NCBI GenBank assembly: GCA_036488585.1
Contig: DASXHH010000009.1
Span: 64,399-128,398 of the forward strand
DNA from: Candidatus Saccharimonadia bacterium
GTDB taxonomy: Bacteria; Patescibacteriota; Saccharimonadia; UBA4664
DNA length: 64,000 nucleotides
Reading direction: 5' to 3'
Both the position numbers and the translations under genes were made by a program. The notes under the pieces are model-generated. The model had not been told where the DNA came from and made no database searches. It worked only from the letters and a program-made list of their open reading frames with translations. Shown here piece by piece: positions 46,767 to 54,501 of the stretch. The stretch's first letter is position 1. Every line of letters starts with the position of its first letter.

Positions 46767-48059
46767 ATGAGCAAACGTCGGAAGCCAAACCGCATAGCCC
46801 GCATGCTAAGGTCCCGTAAACGCCTGCAGCCATTGGTGCTGCCGGCGCTGGTGCTGGTGGTAATTTTTGGCCTAGTGGCGTCTCGGATTATGACTGCGTC
46901 TTTTGCGGCGGTGTACCCGAACCCCCAGATTGGGCAGACGTGTGGTGGTTTGGATATCGCATTGGTGGCAGATGTGTCCGGAAGCATCACGCAGGATCAG
47001 ACGGAATTTACCGAGATGCAAACGGCCTTCACGGACTTCGTGAGTAGTCTGCCGCCGGGCACTAATACGCTGTTTTCGCTCACCCAATTTGATACTAATG
47101 CGGTTGTATTGGAAAAATTTACTAACAACGCCGCGACTCTAGATAACGCCATTAATAACTTTAGCGGTGGCGGGGAGACGAACTGGGTCGATGGCTTAAA
47201 AGCCGGCTACAGTACGTTTTCAGGCCTTCCAGCTCCCGCGGCGGGCGCCAAACCGGTCCCGAAGTTGCTCATAATTGCCACCGATGGTGACCCGACCGTG
47301 CCCCGGAGCACCGCGTTGAGTGACGCCATTACGGAAGCCAATACCATTAAACAGGCCGGCGTCCATGTGCTGGCGGTGGGGCTGGGAAGCTCCCCGACGA
47401 TCTCTAACCTAGAAGATATCACGGGTACTAACCTCAACACCGGCGATATCAACACGGACGTAGTGACCACCAAGTTCGATACACTGGACGCCGCCATGCT
47501 CAACATTGCTTCAGCTACTTGTGGTGGCACCGGCACTGGCACCGGCACTGGCGGCACTGGCAACGGCACCAACGGCAATGGCAACGGCACAGGTGGTACC
47601 GGCAATGGTAGCGGTACCGGCGGGACTGGCACCGGTAGCAATGGCACTGGTAGCGGTAACGGAGATTCGGCCACGCCGCAGCCGAGCTCCTCGCCACAGC
47701 CGGCGCCGGTGCCCGATCCCAACCAGCACCCCATAAAGGTGCCGGTGGTGGTACCGAACCCGCAGCCAAGCACAGCTCCGGTCCCCTCCCCTAGCCAAAC
47801 TCCAAATCCGGCGCCGGCTCCTAAATCGCAAGGCAACCAGGTTCAGCCGCCGGTACAGTCGCCGTCCATATTCTTTGACGGCAAGGCATACGCGCCGGGC
47901 AGCGCCCCCGATAGCGCCGGTGCTAATGTGGCCAGGCCGACGTTTAACTGGTGGTACTTGGTGATTGGCCTGGTCATAGCCGTGGCAGGGATTGCTACAT
48001 ACATATTCTGGCAGCGGCGACAGGCTACGCCTCGCATCAAGTCCAAATCTAGAAGATGA
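46767..48059 (+). CDS. Surface VWA domain protein with Gly-Thr/Asn repeat, Pro-rich stalk and C-terminal membrane anchor
   Basis: 430 aa. N-terminal signal/TM, MIDAS DIALVADVSGSIT, GTGTGTGTGGTGNGTNGNGNGTGG... repeat, P/S/A-rich segment, then a C-terminal TM (WWYLVIGLVIAVAGIATYIFW) with an RRQA tail. Confidence 0.65.
   Translation: MSKRRKPNRIARMLRSRKRLQPLVLPALVLVVIFGLVASRIMTASFAAVYPNPQIGQTCGGLDIALVADVSGSITQDQTEFTEMQTAFTDFVSSLPPGTNTLFSLTQFDTNAVVLEKFTNNAATLDNAINNFSGGGETNWVDGLKAGYSTFSGLPAPAAGAKPVPKLLIIATDGDPTVPRSTALSDAITEANTIKQAGVHVLAVGLGSSPTISNLEDITGTNLNTGDINTDVVTTKFDTLDAAMLNIASATCGGTGTGTGTGGTGNGTNGNGNGTGGTGNGSGTGGTGTGSNGTGSGNGDSATPQPSSSPQPAPVPDPNQHPIKVPVVVPNPQPSTAPVPSPSQTPNPAPAPKSQGNQVQPPVQSPSIFFDGKAYAPGSAPDSAGANVARPTFNWWYLVIGLVIAVAGIATYIFWQRRQATPRIKSKSRR
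47524..47662 (+). repeat. Imperfect tandem hexa/nonanucleotide repeat (GGCACY / GGYAAY units) encoding (G-T/N)n
   Basis: ggcaccggcactggcaccggcactggcggcactggcaacggcaccaacggcaatggcaacggc... About 140 nt of 6-9-nt units lie inside the VWA gene. Confidence 0.6.
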
Positions 48060-48074
48060 CCAGCAGACTAATGG

Positions 48075-48422
48075 CTAATCTGACAGCACAGCCAAGGCGA
48101 TGGCAGCAGTCGCAATAGCCAGGTCCCGGAAGGTGATGGCAAGCAATTTGAGACCTGTCAGAATGATGCCCAACATTGTGAGCGCCGAGAGGATGCCGGC
48201 ATACCGCAGGTACTTGCCGCTCACTAGCCAGAGGGCAAGTAGTAGCTCGTAGGCGCTGAAGATTTTTAGTAGGATGCCGGCAGGGGCGATATTGGTGGCG
48301 AAGGCCGGCAGATAGCCGACCCAATCCTGCGGCGATGCTAAAGAGCCCGCTGCCGCATACAGGAACACCGCGGCGAGCCCCAGTCTAAGTATTAATTTGG
48401 CGAGTTTTACTTTTGCTGCCAT
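48075..48422 (-). CDS. DoxX family membrane protein
   Basis: 115 aa with 3-4 TM helices and DoxX-like sequence. It is last in the ECF-sigma transcription unit. Confidence 0.6.
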   Translation of the reverse strand: MAAKVKLAKLILRLGLAAVFLYAAAGSLASPQDWVGYLPAFATNIAPAGILLKIFSAYELLLALWLVSGKYLRYAGILSALTMLGIILTGLKLLAITFRDLAIATAAIALAVLSD

Positions 48423-48838
48423 TACTCGATAGTTATTTTGGCCGTGTCACCTGGGTTTAAATGGTTGTGAAAGCCGAAAGTACCCGTCTTGGTGAGAGTA
48501 GCTGTAGCGCTGGCGCCAGGCGCGATAGTCCCGACGTTTAAGTCTGGGTCATCGGTGTGGACCGGGTGAGGGTTGGAATCCACCTGAATCTCTTCGCTCG
48601 TCTGATTTGTGAAGGTGACCGAGCCGCCGGATTTGATAGCGGTCTGTGCGGGGCTAAAGCCGCTAGAAGTATATGTAATCACAGCGGCGGCTTGCTTACT
48701 GCTACTGGCTGGGGTACTAGCCGGCGCGTTTGAACTATCAGCTGCAGACTTGGTCGAGGGCTTCGTAGCCATGAGGGCGACTCCAGCAACTACAACAATG
48801 ACGATTAGGCCAATTACGATGGTGAGGGTACGTTTCAT
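48422..48838 (-). CDS. Secreted cupredoxin-like domain protein
   Basis: 138 aa with signal/TM, a Ser/Ala-rich linker and a beta-rich C-terminal domain carrying His pairs (NPHPVH, FHNH) in a cupredoxin-like arrangement. Confidence 0.4.
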   Translation of the reverse strand: MKRTLTIVIGLIVIVVVAGVALMATKPSTKSAADSSNAPASTPASSSKQAAAVITYTSSGFSPAQTAIKSGGSVTFTNQTSEEIQVDSNPHPVHTDDPDLNVGTIAPGASATATLTKTGTFGFHNHLNPGDTAKITIE

Positions 48839-48895
48839 AGGTTCTCCGTTAAGCTTATGCTTTGATAAACGTATATGAAAGATTTTTGTTACACT

Positions 48896-49450
48896 TTAGT
48901 CTTTATCTTGGTTTAGTTCGGTTAGAACGGAAGATATTTGTTGCTTTTCAACGGGAGTGGCCATGGAGCCGGCCTGAACCAGATTGTCGTGGCAATAGTC
49001 GAGGGCAGCGTAATTCTTGGTTTTAAGGCCCTGCATATCGGTCTTGTAATCGCTCAGGGCGGCCGTGACTAGGTGATCACTTTGCTTGGTTGCAACTAGC
49101 ATTCTCACTTCCTGCGCCCGGTGCATCATTACGACAGCCTTGTAATCAGGTTGGGTCAACATCGCAACCCGCTCGGATGTCCGCTTCACGGGGTATAGCC
49201 AGCTACCCGGTAGGCTGGTTTGGGCGATCGCCACAACCAAGGTGCCGGCAGCCAACCCAGCGGCGGCGGTGCCAAGCATTGGCCAGAAGCCGAACGCGGC
49301 TGGCCAGAGCCGCTTTCGATGCGACTTGGTGTACTGCGGCTCAGCGCCTTTGAGCTGCGAAACTGACATAGCTAGCTGCATCAGTTCGTCGGCCTCGACT
49401 GGGCCGGCTCCCGCCGAAAGAAGTTCCTCTTTTAAGTTAGGCTTATTCAT
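48896..49450 (-). CDS. Putative anti-sigma factor (single-pass membrane)
   Basis: 184 aa. It overlaps the ECF sigma gene stop by 8 nt. Cytoplasmic N-terminal segment, one TM and a periplasmic domain. Confidence 0.45.
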   Translation of the reverse strand: MNKPNLKEELLSAGAGPVEADELMQLAMSVSQLKGAEPQYTKSHRKRLWPAAFGFWPMLGTAAAGLAAGTLVVAIAQTSLPGSWLYPVKRTSERVAMLTQPDYKAVVMMHRAQEVRMLVATKQSDHLVTAALSDYKTDMQGLKTKNYAALDYCHDNLVQAGSMATPVEKQQISSVLTELNQDKD

Positions 49451-49958
49451 TGCGTTCCATTAACTGCTTTAACTGTTTTAGGGCGCGATATTGCAACACC
49501 CGGACGTTGCCCTCAGTGGTGCCCAGAATTTCTGCCACCTCACGAGCGCTAAGTCCTTCGATGAACCTTAGGGTAGTCACTACCTTTAACTTGTCCGGCA
49601 GCCTGGTTAACGCCCGCCCGAGCGCTAGCTGCACCTGCTCGACGTCATAATCGTAGTCTATGCCGGGGCCCTCCAGCTGGTCAGACAGCCCCGGGAGGTC
49701 ATCTAGCAACACGGGTTTTAACTTGCGCCAATGATCGGTCAGGAGGTTGCGGGCAATCCGGTACAACCAGGCTTTGACCGAGCCGCCGGTGAAGCTTTCC
49801 CGCGCCTTCCAAGCTCTTTCAAAGGTACTGGCGGTAAGGTCTTGTGAGAGCGCTTGATCCTTGGTCTGCCAGTAGAGGAAGCGGTAGATGGCTTCCTCGT
49901 ACTGCTCGTAATGATCCTCAAACTGTTCCCTTGAGAGCAATTTGTTCCTCTCTAGCAC
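49443..49958 (-). CDS. RNA polymerase sigma-70 factor, ECF subfamily
   Basis: 171 aa with region 2 (YRFLYWQT...DLTASTFERAW) and region 4 HTH (LSAREVAEILGTTEGNVRVLQYRALKQL). Confidence 0.8.
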   Translation of the reverse strand: MLERNKLLSREQFEDHYEQYEEAIYRFLYWQTKDQALSQDLTASTFERAWKARESFTGGSVKAWLYRIARNLLTDHWRKLKPVLLDDLPGLSDQLEGPGIDYDYDVEQVQLALGRALTRLPDKLKVVTTLRFIEGLSAREVAEILGTTEGNVRVLQYRALKQLKQLMERNE

Positions 49959-50015
49959 ATGTAACGAATGACTAAAGCATACGTTACATATTGTGAAGAG
50001 TAATGGGAAAGCGCT

Positions 50016-50180
50016 ATGGAACCTAAAGACAACAAGCAGGGTTATTCGAAACGACCGCTGTGGCAGTGGTTGCTAATTTACGTGATCGTAGGAGGCGTAT
50101 TATATGGAGCCGCATACTTCATCTTCCACCAATCATCCGCAGGAGCCGGAGGAGGAGCAACTCAGCACTCATCCTACTAG
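50016..50180 (+). CDS. Possible 54-aa single-TM micro-protein
   Basis: ATG at 50016 with GGGAAAG upstream. Product MEPKDNKQGYSKRPLWQWLLIYVIVGGVLYGAAYFIFHQSS... It overlaps the next ORF in another frame. Confidence 0.3.
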   Translation: MEPKDNKQGYSKRPLWQWLLIYVIVGGVLYGAAYFIFHQSSAGAGGGATQHSSY

Positions 50181-50322
50181 CATGGGCGGGAGCTTGGCCG
50201 AAAGCTTGAAGGAACATCTTGGTGGACTGGCAAAACGCGACACATCCTCCAAGATGATCGAGGATATGCTGGCCGAACTAGCAGAACCTAAGCCGAGGCA
50301 GCCAAGAGATTGCTGTACGTAA
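50104..50322 (+). CDS. Possible 72-aa acidic protein
   Basis: Perfect AGGAGG at 50090-50095, 8 nt before the ATG at 50104. Product is acidic, Glu/Pro-rich and ends in CCT. Confidence 0.3.
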   Translation: MEPHTSSSTNHPQEPEEEQLSTHPTSMGGSLAESLKEHLGGLAKRDTSSKMIEDMLAELAEPKPRQPRDCCT

Positions 50323-50462
50323 CAGCGACGGCACATATGTTCCCGATGTGATTTCCGGAAGTGCTTAAATGAATTTTGCCCAAATCCATGAGCATCAGGT
50401 ACTATTCTGTTATGCTTACCCTTCGTCATAAATGGTCGACCCGGCACAACTCCGTAGCCCGT

Positions 50463-51416
50463 ATGACCAAATTGACCAACCGGGTGCTAATGCTCCAGCC
50501 AAAGGCAGCGGGCTTCGTCGCGCTATTTGTTGCCGCCGGAACTGTGCTCATAGTTGCATATGCCGGATCCGGTTTCTTTGTGGTTCTTTCGCCTCAGCAG
50601 GGTGTAATCCAGGGTAACGCCGGCATCGTCAGTAATGCCTCGGCCGTGGATGGGTCGGCGGTTAAATTTGGTCTCCAGACGCCCGCTCCACCCACGCCGA
50701 CCCCAAGCCCCAATCCCGGCTCTAGCCCCAGTCCTAGCCCTACAGGCGCCTCTGGCTGCAGCGCAAATGGTGTTGTCGCTCCCTGTGTCGGCGGCCCCAC
50801 AACGGGCGCCGCTGGGTGGGGTACGCCCGCCTTTGATGAAGAGTTCAGCGGCAGTGCTCTGAATACCAGCGTCTGGGACGCTCACGACGGCTGGACTAAC
50901 CAGAATAATGTCACTGATCATGCTAGCAACGTGTCGGTTACGGGCGGTGAGGCCATTCTCACTTTGGTCTCATCGGGCTCAGGAGCGGCGATTGAGACGA
51001 AATCTTACGCGCTGCCGGTCGGCGGCTTTGCTGAAGCCCGGGTCGAGTTTCCGGGGAGCGGCACTACTATATATAACTGGCCCGCCTGGTGGATCAGCGG
51101 GCCGAACTGGCCGACCGACGGAGAGAGCGATATTGCCGAGGGCCTCGGCACACTTACCGTAAACTACCATTCGCCGTCCGGCGCCCACAACCAGGGCACC
51201 GTCCCGGGTACCTGGTCAAATGCCTACCATATTTACGGCATATCCCGTGGCCCTAGCTCCTGTAAAGTCTATTGGGACGGAACCCTGGTAAAAACTTATT
51301 CCACGGACGACACTGGCAAGGGCGAAAATCTTATACTTACCGCAGGCTCGGGCAACACCGGCGCCTACGGCACCGCCTCCGAGGTCAAAGTAGACTACGT
51401 ACGTGCGTGGAATTGA
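50463..51416 (+). CDS. Secreted glycoside hydrolase family 16 (laminarinase-type beta-glucanase) with PT-rich linker
   Basis: Start set to ATG 50463 (signal anchor MTKLTNRVLMLQPKAAGFVALFVAAG). PTPTPSPNP linker, GH16 catalytic motif ESDIAE (ExDxxE) and WPAWW. Confidence 0.65.
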   Translation: MTKLTNRVLMLQPKAAGFVALFVAAGTVLIVAYAGSGFFVVLSPQQGVIQGNAGIVSNASAVDGSAVKFGLQTPAPPTPTPSPNPGSSPSPSPTGASGCSANGVVAPCVGGPTTGAAGWGTPAFDEEFSGSALNTSVWDAHDGWTNQNNVTDHASNVSVTGGEAILTLVSSGSGAAIETKSYALPVGGFAEARVEFPGSGTTIYNWPAWWISGPNWPTDGESDIAEGLGTLTVNYHSPSGAHNQGTVPGTWSNAYHIYGISRGPSSCKVYWDGTLVKTYSTDDTGKGENLILTAGSGNTGAYGTASEVKVDYVRAWN

Positions 51417-52497
51417 ACTGGCTGAAGTCATCATCGATGTCGGCGGTGGCCCAGTACATTTCCGGCTTGACTAGGAAAGGAGCGGACAGCGTTCTACGCT
51501 CCTCAATCCCATGGTCGGCTTTGGGACCCTGGATGGTGATCACCAACAAATCTGTGGCTTTTTCGGTTTCAAGCCGGTTCACCAGCCGAGTGAAGGGTTC
51601 GCCGTGACAGACAGAGCTGTGTTCGGCATGGAGCAGGTTAATGCGCGTTCCTCTTGCCGCGAGGTGAAGGAGTGCTGGTTGTATCTGAATATCGCGACTG
51701 GCGGGCGGGTAATCGTGCGCCTGAAGGGCAAGATCTCGCACCACCAAGCGCATTGACGCTAACCGCCAGAGCAGTGGGCGGTACTGATTTAGCCGATAAT
51801 TCAGCATGGCCCAGCGGGTGGGTGGTGTGGTTTTCACCATTATGTAGGGCTTGATAGCCGTAGAGGCTATCTGCTCATTGCGGTAGGCGGTACCACGGGC
51901 GACTCTATTTAAGAGCTGAGTTTTTGACGAGGAGACAGCCGCATAGCTAGGCTCAGCACACCCCACTTGGTCGATCCGTACGACGCCTCTGGTGGCGAGA
52001 GCGCTCGAGACCAGAGGCGCTAAAACGCCTCCCAGCGAATAGCCTGAAACGGTAGCTGTTCGACAAGCCGTAAACGTAGCCTGGATTAAATCAGCAACTC
52101 CTTGTGCTACTACTGCCAGTGCACCAGAGCCTTGCCGAAGGAGCCGGCTGCGTACCGATGCCGGAAATGAATACAGACCGCCGACAACTAGAACGGCGTA
52201 CTTTTGGTCTTGACCCTTGAGGATTAAATCAGCCAACAGGTTTTTGATGCCAGAATCCGGTGAGCTCGCCTTCACACCAAAACCGTCTAGCAGTACGTAG
52301 AGTTTATCCACCTTCCCTAAGTCGCAGTGGCTATAGATTCGGTAGTCAAAGATGACCCTGTTTCCTCGGTAGATTTGGGCCTGGGGTAGCGCTTGAATTA
52401 TTTCTTCGAGTGAGCGCTCGTTCAAGTAATCAACGGCCCGACTCATTACGGGATGAGGGTGATAGTCGTCCCATTTAATTGCGAGTGCGTGAGTCAT
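51385..52497 (-). CDS. Alpha/beta hydrolase-like protein (GYSLGG serine motif)
   Basis: 370 aa with GxSxG nucleophile elbow VSGYSLGGVLA. Its 3' end overlaps the GH16 gene by 32 nt (convergent). Confidence 0.4.
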   Translation of the reverse strand: MTHALAIKWDDYHPHPVMSRAVDYLNERSLEEIIQALPQAQIYRGNRVIFDYRIYSHCDLGKVDKLYVLLDGFGVKASSPDSGIKNLLADLILKGQDQKYAVLVVGGLYSFPASVRSRLLRQGSGALAVVAQGVADLIQATFTACRTATVSGYSLGGVLAPLVSSALATRGVVRIDQVGCAEPSYAAVSSSKTQLLNRVARGTAYRNEQIASTAIKPYIMVKTTPPTRWAMLNYRLNQYRPLLWRLASMRLVVRDLALQAHDYPPASRDIQIQPALLHLAARGTRINLLHAEHSSVCHGEPFTRLVNRLETEKATDLLVITIQGPKADHGIEERRTLSAPFLVKPEMYWATADIDDDFSQFNSTHVRSLL

Positions 52498-52538
52498 GTC
52501 GCAGATATTATACGTAAGTCTCGATCAACGCACACGGC

Positions 52539-53966
52539 TTAAAGCCCGACAGATCGGATGCCGGGGGCCGGCTTGACGGGCTCGCGAATGATGAAGATGG
52601 CAACTACTAGCGCAAGTGCCATGAGTATCGCACCGGTCAAAAATGCGCGCTGGTATCCAAGTACTGACGCTGCTTGTAGGCTGGCTCCATGGGCTGCGGC
52701 CGAGACGGTTGTACTTGATGCTACCTCTGCCAAAATCGCGAGTCCCAGTGCGCCGCCAATCTGCTGGGAGGTGTTAATCAAGCCCGAAGCCAGGCCGGCC
52801 TCATCGTCTGGAATTCCGGTTGTGGCCGCTATCACTATTGCGACAAACAACACCCCGAACCCAAGAGCTAGCAGCGTGAATACAGGGAGTATAGCCGTAA
52901 AGTAGGCGGAGCCGGCATTGATTAAACTCATGAGGTAGACACCTAAGGTTGTGAGCGCCGTGCCCGAAATCAGTAATGGCCTTGAACCAAAGCGCGTCAG
53001 CAACTTTGGCGCTTGGTAGGAGACTACACCAATAATTACCGGAACGGGCAAGAAATATAGGCCGGTTGTTAAAGGAGTACTACGGAGCACATTTTGGATA
53101 AACAGGGAGGCAAAATAGAACATGCCTAATGCGCCGGCGACAGCCGGGAGCATCATGAGGTTAGCCGCCGCGATGTTAGGCGTCTTGAATATGCCAAGAG
53201 GCATAAGCGGGTGTGTAACCCGAGATTCGTTGAAGACGAAGGCTACGAGCAGAATGATGGCTGAAGCAAAGGCCGTGAGTGTTGATACGGCAGTCCAGCC
53301 GGAACCACTGGCCGAAGTGAGGCCAAATACTAAGGCTATGAGCCCTAAGGTTACCAACACCGCGCCAGGAGCGTCGAGATTATGATCCGACGACTCGGCA
53401 ATATGCGGCGGCAGTGTTCGGTCGAGGGCGATGATGGCGAGAATACCGATAGGGACGTTTACGAAGAAGCACCAGCGCCAACCGAGAGTTTGAGTAAGTA
53501 GGCCGCCAAGCAACACGCCGGCGGCCGCACCGCCGGATGCAACGATGCTCCAGATCGACAAGGCCCGGTTACGCTCCGGGCCCTCTTCAAATGTGGCCAG
53601 TAGAATAGATAGAGCCGTCGGTGCCATAAAGGCTCCAGCTAGGCCCTGTAGAGCTCGCATGGCGATCATCATGGGGGCATTAGTCGACAACCCAGTCAGT
53701 AAGGAAAACAGTATAAATCCGGCGATACCGAGTAGCAGAATACGACGACGGCCATAGAGGTCGGCAGTTCGTCCACCTAGCATTAAGAAGCCGCCAAACG
53801 TAAGAATATAGCCAGTGATCACCCACTGCAGGGTAGCGCTGTTAAAGTGCAAAGCGGTTTTGATAGCTGGGAGCGCGACATTGACAATGGCACTGTCGAG
53901 AATGACTAGAAAGAAGCTAAGCGCTAGGAGCCATAGGACTGTGTTTTTGCTGGGGTGGCTTGGCAT
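52539..53966 (-). CDS. MFS transporter, DHA2 (EmrB/QacA-like, 14-TM) drug:H+ antiporter family
   Basis: 475 aa with about 14 TM helices and an N-terminal signature LALSFFLVILDSAIVNVALPAI of DHA2 exporters. Confidence 0.8.
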   Translation of the reverse strand: MPSHPSKNTVLWLLALSFFLVILDSAIVNVALPAIKTALHFNSATLQWVITGYILTFGGFLMLGGRTADLYGRRRILLLGIAGFILFSLLTGLSTNAPMMIAMRALQGLAGAFMAPTALSILLATFEEGPERNRALSIWSIVASGGAAAGVLLGGLLTQTLGWRWCFFVNVPIGILAIIALDRTLPPHIAESSDHNLDAPGAVLVTLGLIALVFGLTSASGSGWTAVSTLTAFASAIILLVAFVFNESRVTHPLMPLGIFKTPNIAAANLMMLPAVAGALGMFYFASLFIQNVLRSTPLTTGLYFLPVPVIIGVVSYQAPKLLTRFGSRPLLISGTALTTLGVYLMSLINAGSAYFTAILPVFTLLALGFGVLFVAIVIAATTGIPDDEAGLASGLINTSQQIGGALGLAILAEVASSTTVSAAAHGASLQAASVLGYQRAFLTGAILMALALVVAIFIIREPVKPAPGIRSVGL

Positions 53967-54109
53967 ACCGGTTAATAATATAGGACTTCCACCGGGTTAA
54001 AAAGCGCGTACGGCCCAATTTAAGTAACGAGCAGAGAGCTAATTTATGAATTTTCGAACCTATGCGCTATTTCGAATCTAATGTAGCGGATCGAGAGGTT
54101 TTGGGTTTG

Positions 54110-54137
54110 TTCAACGCCTATTTGGCGGTACTATAAT
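54110..54137 (+). promoter_or_regulatory. Promoter with consensus -10 TATAAT (weak -35 TTCAAC)
   Basis: TATAAT at 54132-54137 and TTCAAC at 54110-54115 (16-nt spacer). The ATG of the His-rich ORF follows at 54170 after ACGAGGT. Confidence 0.4.
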
Positions 54138-54169
54138 GACAAACCATAAAAACTTTACGAGGTTTTTCC

Positions 54170-54400
54170 ATGCCAGAGCAGAATGATCGCCATCACCACC
54201 TCCATGCGCTGCACCTACAGGTGCACGCCGCCATGCAAGAGGTCCATGAGCATCTCGAACACCATCAAGAAGAACTTGAAGATGGCCACATAGGTTTGAT
54301 GGAATCGCTGCACGTAGTGCACCACCACTTGAAGCAGGCCCACCTCGAGCTCGAAAGATACTCAGAACAGCACGAGCACGAGCACCACGAAGCACACTAG
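54170..54400 (+). CDS. Histidine/glutamate-rich small protein (putative metal-binding)
   Basis: 76 aa with about 21 His, arranged in HxxxH and HH/HHH clusters (HHHLHALHLQVH...HEHLEHHQEE...VVHHHLKQAHLELE...EQHEHEHHEAH). Predicted helical. Confidence 0.5.
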   Translation: MPEQNDRHHHLHALHLQVHAAMQEVHEHLEHHQEELEDGHIGLMESLHVVHHHLKQAHLELERYSEQHEHEHHEAH

Positions 54401-54501
54401 ACAAGAATCGGCCTTAAGTACGATCTTATTCGCGTTGCGACGAGTCAGGCCCCGGCGGGTATGCCGAGGCCTTTAGCGAAGTGCGTGACTACAGCAGTCA
54501 C

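Noticed and set aside
47524-47662. Possibility that the short tandem repeats are a CRISPR array
   Set aside because: Units are 6-9 nt with no spacers and are in-frame coding. No cas genes or 24-48-nt repeats are present anywhere in the window.
47207-47836. Several ORFs on both strands across the GT-repeat region
   Set aside because: They are artefacts of the low-complexity repeat. The VWA frame is continuous with a MIDAS motif upstream and a TM anchor downstream.
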